Both the position numbers and the translations under genes were made by a program. 64,000 nucleotides of DNA, from NCBI GenBank assembly GCA_964016885.1, contig OZ024756.1:17298001-17362000 (forward strand). Direction: 5' to 3'. Shown in pieces: positions 37,627-52,479 of this stretch. The first letter of the stretch is position 1. Each line of letters starts with the position of its first letter. The notes beneath the pieces were generated by a model. It was given only the letters and a program-made list of their open reading frames with translations, was not told the origin of the DNA and did no database searches. This stretch comes from Eledone cirrhosa. Taxonomy: Eukaryota.

Positions 37627-38991
37627 TGGATCCCAGACAATATTAATTTACGTCTAGATCCCAGACAATATTAATTTACGTCTGGATCCTAGACAATATT
37701 AATTTACGTCTGGATGCTAGATAATATTAATTTACGTCTGGATCCCAGACAATATTAATTTACGTCTGGATCCCAGACAATATTAATTTACGTCTGGATC
37801 CCAGATAATATTAATTTACGTCTGGATCCCAGACAATATTAATTTACGTCTGGATCCCAGACAATATTAATTTACGTCTGGATCCCAGACAATATTAATT
37901 TACGTCTGGATCCCAGACAATATTAATTTACGTCTGGATCCCAGACAATATTAATTTACGTCTGGATCCCAGATAATATTAATTTACGTCTGGATCCCAG
38001 ACAATATTAATTTACGCCTGGATCCCAGACAATATTAATTTACGTCTGGATCCCAGACAATATGAATATACGTCTGGATCCCAGACAATATTAATTTACG
38101 TCTGGATCCCAGACAATATTAATTTACGTCTGGATCCCAGACAATATTAATTTACGTCTGGATCTTAGACAATATTAATTTACGTCTGAATCCCAGACAA
38201 TATTAATTTACGTCTAAATCCCAGACAATATTAATTTACGTCTAGATCCCAGACAATATTAATTTACGTCTAGATCCCAGACAATATTAATTTACGTCTG
38301 GATCCCAGACAATATTAATTTAGTCTGGATCCTAGACAATATTAATTTACGTCTAGATCCCAGACAATATTAATTTACGTCTAGATCCCAGACAATATTA
38401 ATTTACGTCTAGATCCCAGACAATATTAATTTAGTCTGGATCCTAGACAATATTAATTTACGTCTAGATCCCAGACAATATTAATTTAGTCTGGATCCTA
38501 GACAATATTAATTTACGTCTAGATCCCAGATAATATTAATTTACGTCTGGATCCCAGACAATATTAATTTACGTCTGGATCCCAGACAATATTAATTTAC
38601 GTCTGGATCCCAGACAATATTAATTTACGTCTGGATCCCAGACAATATTAATTTACGTCTGGATCCTAGACAATATTAATTTACGTCTAGATCCCAGACA
38701 ATATTAATTTACGTCTGGATCCTAGACAATATTAATTTACGTCTGTACCCAGACAATATTAATTTACGTCTGGATCCCAGACAATATTAATTTACGTCTG
38801 GATCCCAGACAATATTAATTTACGTCTGGATCCTAGACAATATTAATTTACGTCTGGATCCTAGACAATATTAATTTACGTCTGGATCCCAGACAATATT
38901 AATTTACGTCTGGATCCTAGACAATATTAATTTACGTCTGGATCCTAGACAATATTAATTTACGTCTGGATCCCAGACAATATTAATTTAC
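37627..38991. repeat. 28-bp satellite (~49 units) bounded by ~50-bp inverted repeats (37576-37626 / 38992-39043)
   Basis: Unit gtctggatcccagacaatattaatttac, containing the hairpin gtctgg-atc-ccagac. Confidence 0.95.
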
Positions 38992-39074
38992 GAAACCTTT
39001 GGTAATGGAGTAGTTACATTTTGTGTTGTTCACTTTCTAATTATATATATATAATAAGGGCGTATATATATATA

Positions 39075-39258
39075 TATTGTTTCTACTTTAGGCACAAGGC
39101 CAGCAATTACCCAGTGCATTACTGGTACTTTATTTTATCGACCCCGTAAGGATGAAAGGCAAAGTCAACCTCGGCGGGATTTGAACTCAGATCGTAAAGG
39201 GACGTAACTACGCTGGAAAACGTGGCGTCCGACCCTCTATCGATACTGCCAATCCACA
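39075..39258 (-). mobile_element. SINE S1, full length
   Basis: Matches S1; sits inside the palindrome taataagggcgta(ta)n...(ta)n tacgcccttatta. Confidence 0.85.
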
Positions 39259-39274
39259 TATATACGCCCTTATT

Positions 39275-39564
<290 letters not shown>

Positions 39565-39579
39565 GAAAATATGGGTGAG

Positions 39580-39640
39580 AAGAATACTGCTGGTTGCACA
39601 TGAATAACATGTTATAAAATGAGTCCCTCATCAGTGATTT
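39580..39640 (-). ncRNA. Decayed hammerhead remnant
   Basis: CTGATGAggga... core present; the 3' part is reduced to aaccagcagta. Confidence 0.3.
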
Positions 39641-39667
39641 ACCAAACGATCATGGGTATTTCAACGC

Positions 39668-39736
<69 letters not shown>

Positions 39737-39806
39737 GAAAGGTATAGAAATTGTTTTAGCGAGAAGCTAATAGTATTCTATATATATATATATATATAAT
39801 ATGGGC

Positions 39807-39864
<58 letters not shown>

Positions 39865-40007
39865 GCCCTTATTATGAACCGCGCTATGTCAGTGCTACTA
39901 CTTATACATGCTTTATAATGTCCTACTTCAACTATATTGTTTTGATTTACAGAATTGTATGTTTTGTCTTAAGTACCCACAGCTGCTTCTTAGTGGTATG
40001 TATGGTG

Positions 40008-40190
40008 CAGTGCCGGATTCACCATTGTGCTTAGGTGTGCTTAAGCACAGGACCCTGTTGGCCAGGGAGACCCATCTTGCCAAAAAACATTTTTATGATG
40101 AATTTTTCAAATGTTTTTCAAATGTCAAATGTTCAAAGGGGCCTCATAATTTAACTAGCACAGGGCCTCATTTCTCCTAAATTCGGCACA
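40008..40190 (+). mobile_element. Short hAT-like MITE
   Basis: Termini cagtgccggatt/aattcggcac; inverted homolog at 51051-51251. Confidence 0.65.
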
Positions 40191-41285
40191 TGTGAGGTTA
40201 CCACACAAACCCACGCTTGTTTGCTTCGTAACTGGTTGTGATTTATTTTGTAGAGATTAGGAACCGGTCCCGTCTTTAAAGGGACGCACTGGACGGCCTT
40301 GTTCCCACCTCTCCGCCTCTGAGTTTTAAATCGCGCACTCTCAGATTTATCTAATGATTATGTTTTTGAGGGTGCCTGGTTGTTTCAGCGCCTTAGCCTC
40401 ACCATCACCTCGCCTTACTGGGGTGTCAGGCGGTGCTGCCTTGTAAAATTTCTCTTGGAGGCCTTGTCTCAGAGCATCACGAGTTGGAAACCAAAACAGG
40501 ACAAGTATGGTGGAATTGATATGTTGTTTGTACACTAATGTGGGGGTCTTTTTCAAGTCCCCGTCCCCCACGAGCAGGGCCTCCAAGAGAGATTTTGCAA
40601 AGTGGGTAGTACAAGACACCTTTGGGACCCGAAGTAGGTAAAGATTTTTTTCTCAAAATGGATGTTGCATGGTTACTGTGGGGACCTTCTCAGCTCTTCC
40701 CCCCCCCCCCCCCTCGGAACAAAGTACCGGTTCGACCCCTCCCCTCATAGGCCCTGCCCACGGGCATCATTGTCTGGCCACGTTTCAGTTGGGAACCAAG
40801 ACAGGCTAAGTATGGTGGAATTAATGTTATTTGTACACTAATATGGGGTCTTTTTCTTCGTCTGTGCGAAATGTGGTGCTTGTGGCCGCTCTAAGTACGA
40901 CTGTGTCAAAGTTTAGCACCCGTCAACGACTAACTCGTCCCAAATTCCCCAAAGAAACAACCTATTTATGAATGTGTGTGTATGTGAGAGTGTGTGTATG
41001 TGAGTGTGTGAGAGAGTATGTATGTGAGTGAAAGAGAGAGTGTGTGTGTGTGTGTGAGAGTGAGAGAGAGAGAGAGTGTGTGTATGTATGTGAGTGAGAG
41101 AGAGAGAGAGAGAGTGTGTGTATGTGAGTGAGAGAGAGAGTGTGTGTATGTGAGTGAGAGAGAGAGAGAGTGTGTGTGTGTATGCGAGTGTGTGTGTGAG
41201 AGTGAGAGAGTTGTGTGTGTGTGTGTGTGTGTGTGTGCTTGAGAGAGACAGTGTATGTGTGTGTGAGTGTTTGAGAGAGAGAGGG

Positions 41286-41319
<34 letters not shown>

Positions 41320-41510
41320 AGAGAGAAAGAGAGTGTGAGAGAGAGAGTGTGTGTGTGTTTGCGAGAGAAAGTGTGTATGTGAGAAAGTGAGAGAGAGAGA
41401 GAAAGTGAGAGTGTGTGTGTGTGTATGTGAGAGTGTGTTTGAGAGTGAGAAAGAGGGAGAGTGTGTGAGAGAGAGATAGTGTGTGTGCGTGTGTCTGTGT
41501 GTGTGTGTGT

Positions 41511-41576
<66 letters not shown>

Positions 41577-41989
41577 GCTCAAAACGGATGTTTGAAGTGG
41601 AAGTTCTACCATAAAAATTGTCATCAGAGCCACTTGAGAGAATAAAAACAAGGATAGTATGTATGAGTGCATACACGGGTGGATGTGTGAGAGGAGGGAG
41701 GAGAGGGGGAGGGGGTAGAGGGGGAGGGGGTAGAGGGGGAGGGGGAGGGGTGCGCGGGGGGGGGGAGAAGAGAAAGAAGGGGAGGAGAGAGAGAGATGAG
41801 AGAGATGGGGAGGGGTGAAAGGTGGGGAAGGGAGATAGAGAGGAGGGAGGGGGGAGGGAAAGAGAGAGAGGGGATGGGGGGGGGGGGGGGGGGGGAGTAT
41901 CAGACATTTATACTGTGGTGTATAGGGGAGGATATCCAATACTGATTAGAGAGGATGTCAACCGTGGTATTTACCAATATATATCATTG

Positions 41990-42870
41990 GCAACCGTCTC
42001 CAACTGATCTGGCTGGATCCCCACCCCTGAGCCCCATATCGGTTTCACCCTTGGCGGAGTCCGACTCCCACATTGAACGGTTTCAATTTAGTACCATTTA
42101 TAAACAAATATTCAGGCATTCATATAGAGACATCAGGGCAACAAGAAGCTGACCATCGATCCTTACTCCTGCAGAACCTTCCACAGCAGGTCCCGAGGAA
42201 CGCGGTCATATGCCTTCTCGAGGTCTACAAAACAAGAATATACTTCTTGGTAATACTCCCACGATTTCTCGAAGACCTGCCACAGTATGAATATTTGGTT
42301 GGCTGTGGTGCACCCGGGCTAAAAACCGCACTGACCCATCAGCAAGCTTGGACTCAACAATCTCCCTACATGTCTTTGCCAGACACTTAGCATAGACTTT
42401 ACCAGAGAGGCTTAACAAGAAGATCCCTCTATAATTGGAATAATCTCTCTAGTCTCCCTCTTTGAAAATTGGATTATCACTCCCTATTGCAACCGCTTAG
42501 GTGCCTTTCCAGAGATCCAGGCCACCCAGCACACATGAGTCAGCAAGAGAAAAACTTCTCTATTTAAGGCTTTTAACATCTCGGGGTGGATTTCCTTTTC
42601 CTCAGTGGCCTTGCCACATTTGAGCTTTTTAATTTCTCTTGTGACCTCAGCCTTTGAGAGATTAGTCATCGCTTCCAGATACACCTCCTGTATATCAGAA
42701 GATGCTGTTGTGATCGGGTTTAGGAGATCAGCAAAGTACTATCTCTACCTCGCGGGGATGCACCTATCTGAAGAAAAGAGAACTCCAGCTGCGTTCCTGA
42801 TAGCTGGTGTGAAGGAGGACTTCTTATTACGAAGTCGGTGAAGGGGTTTTTGCCTGCCAGAACACTTTAT
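41990..42870 (-). mobile_element. RTE-clade (Expander/Rex3-like) LINE, RT fragment joined to 3' end
   Basis: LKCGKA, IHPEMLKAL, LSLSGKVYAK and CFVDLEKAYDRVPRDLLWKVL; 3' end homologous to 62715-62750. Confidence 0.85.
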
Positions 42871-43106
42871 TTGACGGTGAGAGTGCTTTCAAACCACGTG
42901 AGTTTTTTTAAGCGGGTTAACACCGACATCATCCTTATTTCCCTTTCTGTCCAGAATGAAATGATTGGGTGTCCTTTTGGGTACTTGGTAGGGTCTAGAG
43001 TATTGTAAAAGAGCTCTGATAGTGTCCCTTCTGACAAAAACGCGTGTCCATTGCTGCGGCCCAAAAAGTTTGAGTACATCTGCTCTACCATATCACATGT
43101 ATGACA

Positions 43107-43955
43107 CCACAGCCTGCCCACATAACGGTCTACCACTACCCCTGCTGGCAACATCACAGCCTGACCACAACGATTTACCACTACCCCTGCTGGCAACATC
43201 ACAGCCTAACCACAACGATTTACCACTACCCCTGCTGGCAACATCACAGCCTGACCACAACGATTTACCACTACCCCTGCTGGCAACATCACAGCCTGAC
43301 CACAACGATTTACCACTACCCCTGCTGGCAACATCACAGCCTGACCACATAACGCTCTACCACTACCCCTGCTGGCAACATCGTAGCCTGCCCACATAAC
43401 GGTCTACCACTACCCCTGCTGGTAACATCACAGCCTGCCCACATAACGGTCTACCACTACCTCTGCTGGCAACATCACAGCCTGCCCACATAACGGTCTA
43501 CCACTACCCCTGCTGGCAACATCACAGTCTGCCCACATAACGGTCTACCACTACCCCTGCTGGCAACATCACAGTCTGCCCACATAACGGTCTACCACTA
43601 CCCCTGCTGGCAACATCACAGTCTGCCCACATAACGGTCTACCACTACCCCTGCTGGCAACATCACAGTCTGCCCACATAACGGTCTACCACTACCCCTG
43701 CTGGCAACATCACAGTCTGCCCACATAACGGTCTACCACTACCCCTGCTGGCAACATCACAGTCTGCCCACATAACGGTCTACCACTACCCCTGCTGGCA
43801 ACATCACAGTCTGCCCACATAACGGTCTACCACTACCCCTGCTGGCAACATCACAGTCTGCCCACATAACGGTCTACCACTACCCCTGCTGGCAACATCA
43901 CAGTCTGCCCACATAACGGTCTACCACTACCCCTGCTGGCAACATCACAGTCTGA
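43107..43955. repeat. 45/47-bp minisatellite (~18 units)
   Basis: Unit cacagtctgcccacataacggtctaccactacccctgctggcaacat, with a 45-bp variant block near the left end. Confidence 0.95.
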
Positions 43956-45044
43956 CTACAAACTTGTCACTTTTTAAGGGAACATCCCATGGAAAATAAG
44001 GAGACACCAGGCAACACACAGAAGCTTTATTAAACACTATAGTCATGTGAACCCTGTAACCAACGATTGTATTTACGATTCCAAGTAGTTGGTCGTATTT
44101 TTGACTTTGTTTAGGTGAACTAAAGATATATATTAAACCAGAACTGTTGGTACTTGCAGAGTTCGTCATTTCTTCCACAACAGACTTCGATACATAAAGA
44201 CATACATACATATACATAAATACATACTCTTACACACACATATGCATACATACATACACTCACACATACACACACATAGATACATATACACATACACACA
44301 TACATATATACATAACAACATACACACTCTTAGCCATACAGCCATAAAAACATACACATACATACATATATACCTACATACTCTTACATACACATGTGCA
44401 TACATACAAGCACACACACACACATATACATACAGACACACACACATACATACAGACAGACAGACACACACATACATACACACACACATACATACACACA
44501 TTGAGCGAAACTGGTGCAGGCACTCAGTGTAAGCTGCATAGGAACGGAGACGAGAAATAGAACGCAAGGTGGAGATATAAAGGGAGGCGGTAGGGGGATA
44601 AGTCGAATTTAATGGGAAGGTGGAGGTGGAGGTGGAGGGTAGATGGGGAGGTGGAGGTGGAGGGTAGATGGGGAGGTGGAGGTGGAGGTGGAGGGTAGAT
44701 GGGGAGGTGGAGGGTTGGACGGGAGGAGGTGGACGGGTGGACGGGTGGAGGAGTGGATGGGGAGGAGGGGATGTGGGGGGAGGGGAAGAGGGGGAGAAGT
44801 CGAATTAATGGGAAGGTGGAGGGAGGGGGAGATGAGGGTAGGAGTAGGTGGAGGGGGGTCTGCCTCTTGCTAGAAGTTAGAGACGGAAGCAGGTTCGTAG
44901 CAAATAGAAAGAGGTGTAAAATATAAGAGAGGGAGAGAAAGAGAGAGAGAGGGGAAAGCCGGAGAGAGAGGGGTGAGAGAGAGAGGGAGAGAAGGAGAGC
45001 CGAAGAGAGAGAGAGAGATGCCTATGTAGGTAGACAGGGTATAG

Positions 45045-45125
<81 letters not shown>

Positions 45126-45147
45126 TATGTAGGTAGACAGGGTATAG

Positions 45148-45213
<66 letters not shown>

Positions 45214-45231
45214 CGAGAGCGAGCGAGAGAG

Positions 45232-45286
<55 letters not shown>

Positions 45287-45332
45287 TGTGCCTATATAGG
45301 TAGACTGGATATAGTTTGTTTGTGTGTATATA

Positions 45333-45365
<33 letters not shown>

Positions 45366-45490
45366 GTTATTCCGGGTTGAATCGGAGGTAACCACAGTAA
45401 GTAAGGTACTCAATACACAGCAGAGTATAAAAGTTTTAATATAGAAGAGCTTCTACAGGACTAGAACTGTGTGAGAAATCATCAGGGAGT
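45366..45490 (-). mobile_element. TA-flanked island with CTGATGA core remnant; homolog at 25431-25537
   Basis: Shared gttctagtcctgta...ttctatattaaa...tattgagtaccttacttactgtggttacc sequence. Confidence 0.55.
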
Positions 45491-45697
45491 TTATACATAT
45501 ACTGAGGGAGAAAGATAGATATGTATACCCAGTCTATATATCCCATGGATTGAGTACTCACCGCGGTCTCAGCACCGTAGCCCCCTCTCTCAATATCTAT
45601 ATATCTATATATATATATGAAGGATTCGTGACCCCAACGGCTGAGCTTCTGCCGTTTCAACAGCTAGATCCGAAGTGCATCCCGTCTGATTCAGATT

Positions 45698-45742
<45 letters not shown>

Positions 45743-45744
45743 GT

Positions 45745-46170
45745 GGGGTGAGACTGCGAGAGAGAGAGGGAGACTGCGAGAGGGGGAGAGGTGAGAGTGC
45801 TAGAGAGGTGAGAGTGAGAGAGAGGGAGAGGTGAGACAGCGAGAGAGAGAGGGAGAGGTGAGAGTGCGAGAGAGAGAGGGAGAGGTGAGAATGCGAGAGA
45901 GGGAGAGGTGAGACAGCGAGAGAAAGAGGGAGAGGTAAGAGTGCGAGAGAGAGAGGGAGAGGTGAGAGTGCGAGAGAGAGAGAGAGGGAGAGGTGAGACT
46001 GCGAGAGAGAGAGGGAGAGGTGAGACTGCGAGAGAGAGAGGGAGAGGTGAGACTGCGAGAGAGAGAGGGAGAGGTGAGAGTGCGAGAGAGAGAAAGAGAG
46101 AGAGGGAGAGGTGAGAGTGCGAGAGAGAGAGAGAGAGGTGAGAGAGAGGGAGAGGTGAGAGTGCGAGAGG
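45745..46170. repeat. ~27-bp GA-rich minisatellite
   Basis: Unit gggagaggtgaga(ct/gt)gcgagagagaga. Confidence 0.85.
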
Positions 46171-46590
46171 AGAAGAGAGAGAGACAGGATGATATAAGAG
46201 GTGGTGGTGTAGAGAGTGAGAAGTATGGAGTTGATATATAGAAAGGTTCAGGTAGAAGGGAAAGAGAAAAGAAGTGAGGCCTATAGGAGGAGAAGGGGGA
46301 GTTATATGTTGTAAGGTTGTAGGTCAGTTTAAGGGAGAGAGAGAGAGTGTGTGTGTGTATGTATGTGTGTGTGCATATATATGTGAGTGTATATATATAT
46401 GTGTGTGCATATATATGTAAGTGTATATATATGTGTGTGCATATATATGTGAGTGTATATATATAATATAGTGTGTGTGTGTGCATATATATGTATATGA
46501 GTGTATATATATATATATGTGTGTGTGATGTGCATATATATGTGAGTGTATATATATATATATGTGTGTGTGTGCATATATATGTGAGTG

Positions 46591-46627
<37 letters not shown>

Positions 46628-46959
46628 ATGGTTTATTTATATGAATGTGTATATATATATATGTATGCATATATATATACACACACATATATATACTCTC
46701 TCTCTCCCTTAAACTGATATACATATATATACATATATATATGCATATATATATAAAGTGTGTGTATATATATATATGCATATATATTATGTATATGAAT
46801 GCATGCATACATGCATGTATGTATGGATGTGTGTGCATGTATGCATGTGTGTGTATGCATGTATGAGTGTGTGAAGGAGAGCGACCATGTAAAAAGAACA
46901 TGGAATAACCATATATATTATACGTATATAAACCGTGTCAAAGAAAGTAAAGTAGCACA

Positions 46960-46969
46960 GGTAGTAGTT

Positions 46970-47000
<31 letters not shown>

Positions 47001-47505
47001 CGGTGCTGGTAGTGGTGGTGGTGGTGGTGGTGGTGGTGGTAGTGGTGGTGGTGGTAGTAGTGGTGGTAGTAGTGGTGGTAGTGGTGGTGGTGGTGGTGGT
47101 AGTGGTGGTGGTGGTGGTTGTAGTAGTGGTGGTGGTGGTGGTGGTGGTGGTGGTGGTGGTGGTAGTGGTGGTGGTAGTGGTGGTGGTGGTGGTGGTGGTG
47201 GTGGTGGTAGTGGTGGTGGTGGTAGTAGTGGTGGTAGTAGTGGTGGTAGTGGTGGTGGTGGTGGTGGTAGTGGTGGTGGTGGTGGTTGTAGTAGTGGTGG
47301 TGGTGGTGGTGGTGGTGGTGGTGGTGGTGGTGGAGTGGTGGTGGTAGGTGGTGGTGGTGGTGGTGGTGGTGGTGGTGGTGGTGGTGGTGGTAGTGGTGGT
47401 AGTAGTGGTGGTAGTAGTGGTGGTGGTGTGGTGGTGGTGGTAGTAGTGGTAGTAGTGGTGGTGGTAGTAGTGGTGGTGGTAGTAGTGGTCGTGGTAGTAG
47501 TAGTA
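46960..47505. repeat. (GGT/AGT)n microsatellite
   Basis: Direct inspection. Confidence 0.95.
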
Positions 47506-47544
47506 ATAGTAATTATGGTGGTCGGTAAAGACCACCACCAATAG

Positions 47545-47641
<97 letters not shown>

Positions 47642-47694
47642 CGTGTGTGTATGTATGTATGTGTTTGTGTATATATATATATATATATATATAT

Positions 47695-47887
47695 AGGAAA
47701 AAGTATGACCCCGACGGCAGAGCTGAAGCCGTTTCGACGGCTATTTCTGGTTTCCGTCGAAACGGCTTGAGTTATGCCGTCGGGGTCATACTTTTTTCCT
47801 TTTTTCTTATTTCCCACTCTACTACCCTAAGTATTGAGTACTCTGGTGCGTTATGGTCCATCTGGTTCCTTACGACGATTCCTTTGT

Positions 47888-47890
<3 letters not shown>
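47695..47890 (+). mobile_element. Family H1 island: palindrome with apex in hammerhead stem II, plus 3' tail
   Basis: Inverted arms 47695-47740 / 47754-47800; GAAACGGC...GCCGTC stem III with a GTC triplet; tail shared with 25650-25735. Confidence 0.75.
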
Positions 47891-50620
<2,730 letters not shown>

Positions 50621-50749
50621 TTGCTGGTGGGTGAAAACTGTTAGAATGAACGTAAGACTACGTGTGAATAGTGCTACTGGGCGTAATGGTGCATACTTGC
50701 ATGTGCACCCACGTCAGTACATGGCACGAATGTGCGTGACCCCTGCATC

Positions 50750-51251
50750 CAATGCCGGATTTAGGACAAACGAGGCCCTTTGTTAGCTAAGTTATGAGTT
50801 TGAGGTCCATGACAGAGGTAGGGCCGGTAAACATGGATGTGTCTGACTACCTGCATCCAATGCCGGATTTAGGACAAACGAGGCCCTTTGTTAGCTAAGT
50901 TATGAAGCTCTTTACTTGGGTCCCGAAAGAGGTGGGCCCGGTTGACAGGAATGTGCATGATTGCCTGTGTCCAGGACAAATGAAGCCCCTTACGTGGGCT
51001 CTGAAGGAGATAGGGCCAGGTAGACATGAATGTGCATGATTGCTTGTATTCAGTGCTAGATTTAGGACAAATAAAGCCCTGTGCTAATTAGGTTATGAGG
51101 CCTTGTGATAAATAAGTTATGAGGCCCCTTACTTGGACCCTGAAGGAGGTAGGCCCGGTAAAATTCATTTTTGGCATGAAGAGGGGTCCCCTCCTGGCCA
51201 GCGGAGACCTCTGCTTCAACACACCTAAGCACAATGGTAAATCCAACGCTG
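50750..51251 (-). mobile_element. hAT-like MITE (51051-51251) preceded by partial tandem duplications of its end
   Basis: caatgccggatttaggacaaacgaggccc at ~50751 and ~50858; homologous to 40008-40190. Confidence 0.6.
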
Positions 51252-51397
51252 CCCTCGATAATGTGTGTGTGATTGTATGTATGTGTGTATGTGTGCATAT
51301 ATGAGTATGTATGATTTATGTGATTGTATGAGATGTATGTGTATGTGTGCATAGTGTGTGTATGTATGAATGTATGTATGTATGTATATATCCAATG

Positions 51398-51935
51398 CAT
51401 GCACTGCGTTTGGGCTAAATATTAGTCTAAAAAGACAAAGGCCATGTACACTCCACCAGTTAGGGAAGTGTGTGTGGAGCCAAACATTTTCGTGAGAGGA
51501 ACATTACTTGAGGTGGTGGACAGCTTTGTGTATCTCGGAAGTACACTTAGTAGAGATGGTGTCCTAGATGCTGAAATAGATCATAGTATTGCAAAAGCGA
51601 GTCTTGCGTTCGGGGAGCTTGAAAAGCAAGTCTAGTTTAATCGGGGTATCGCTAGAAACACAAACATTCGTGTGTATGAGACTTATGTTCTTACAGCTCT
51701 GCTATTTGGATGCGAAATGTGGGCAACTCACAGGCATCACATCAGACAGCTGGAAAGGTTTCATGGGAATTGTATGCGACGCATCCTGAACATCAAATGG
51801 TCCTCTTACATACCTGATGCTACAGTACTTGGGAAAGTGGGTAGCACCAGTATTGAGAGGAGAATTATTATGAACCAGATGTGTTGGGCTGGTCATGTGA
51901 TTGATCAGGGTGAAAGATGGAAGGCTACCTAAACA
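51398..51935 (+). mobile_element. RTE-clade RT C-terminal fragment
   Basis: FGLNISLKK, LEVVDSFVYLGSTLS, LLFGCEMW, RRILNIKW and WAGHV. Confidence 0.88.
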
Positions 51936-52253
51936 TCTGAATGCTTCTAGTATCTCATCGAACACAGTCCATGAGCTACTGGTAGCCTTTATTACCAGTA
52001 ACCCTAGAAATATATTCCAATATGAACATGACAAGTTTGTCCCCTTCAACACAGCCCCCCCCCCCCCTCCCTCTTGGCTAAACCATAATACACATTTTTT
52101 TAAAACTTCGCCAAAGGAAAGGCTAAGGGGAAGGCAGAGGATGTTACTGCCACCCCCTTCTTTTCAATGGTGTAACTCAGATTTAGAAAATAGTACTACT
52201 TAACTTGTCAGAAGGTGATCTCTGATGCACTTGATAGGTTTGCTGCCGAGTGC

Positions 52254-52400
52254 TGCGAATACTGAGACACTCGTCCTCTCAAGGAAACACTGCGAATACT
52301 GAGACACTCGTCGTCTCGAGGAAACACTGTGAATACTGAGACACTCGTCCTCTCAAGGAGGCACTGTGAATACTCAGACATTCGTTGTCTCAAGGAGGCC
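52254..52400. repeat. 37-bp tandem repeat (~4 units)
   Basis: Unit tgcgaatactgagacactcgtcctctcaaggaaacac. Confidence 0.8.
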
Positions 52401-52479
52401 TGTACAGTGCACTCTACATGTTAGTGCAATTCCACAGAGGCAGGTGGAGAAAGAAGTTCAAGCATCTCGAGGCTGTGTT

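Noticed and set aside
37627-38991. CRISPR array (28-bp hairpin-containing repeats)
   Set aside because: Units are head-to-tail with no spacers; no cas genes; animal context.
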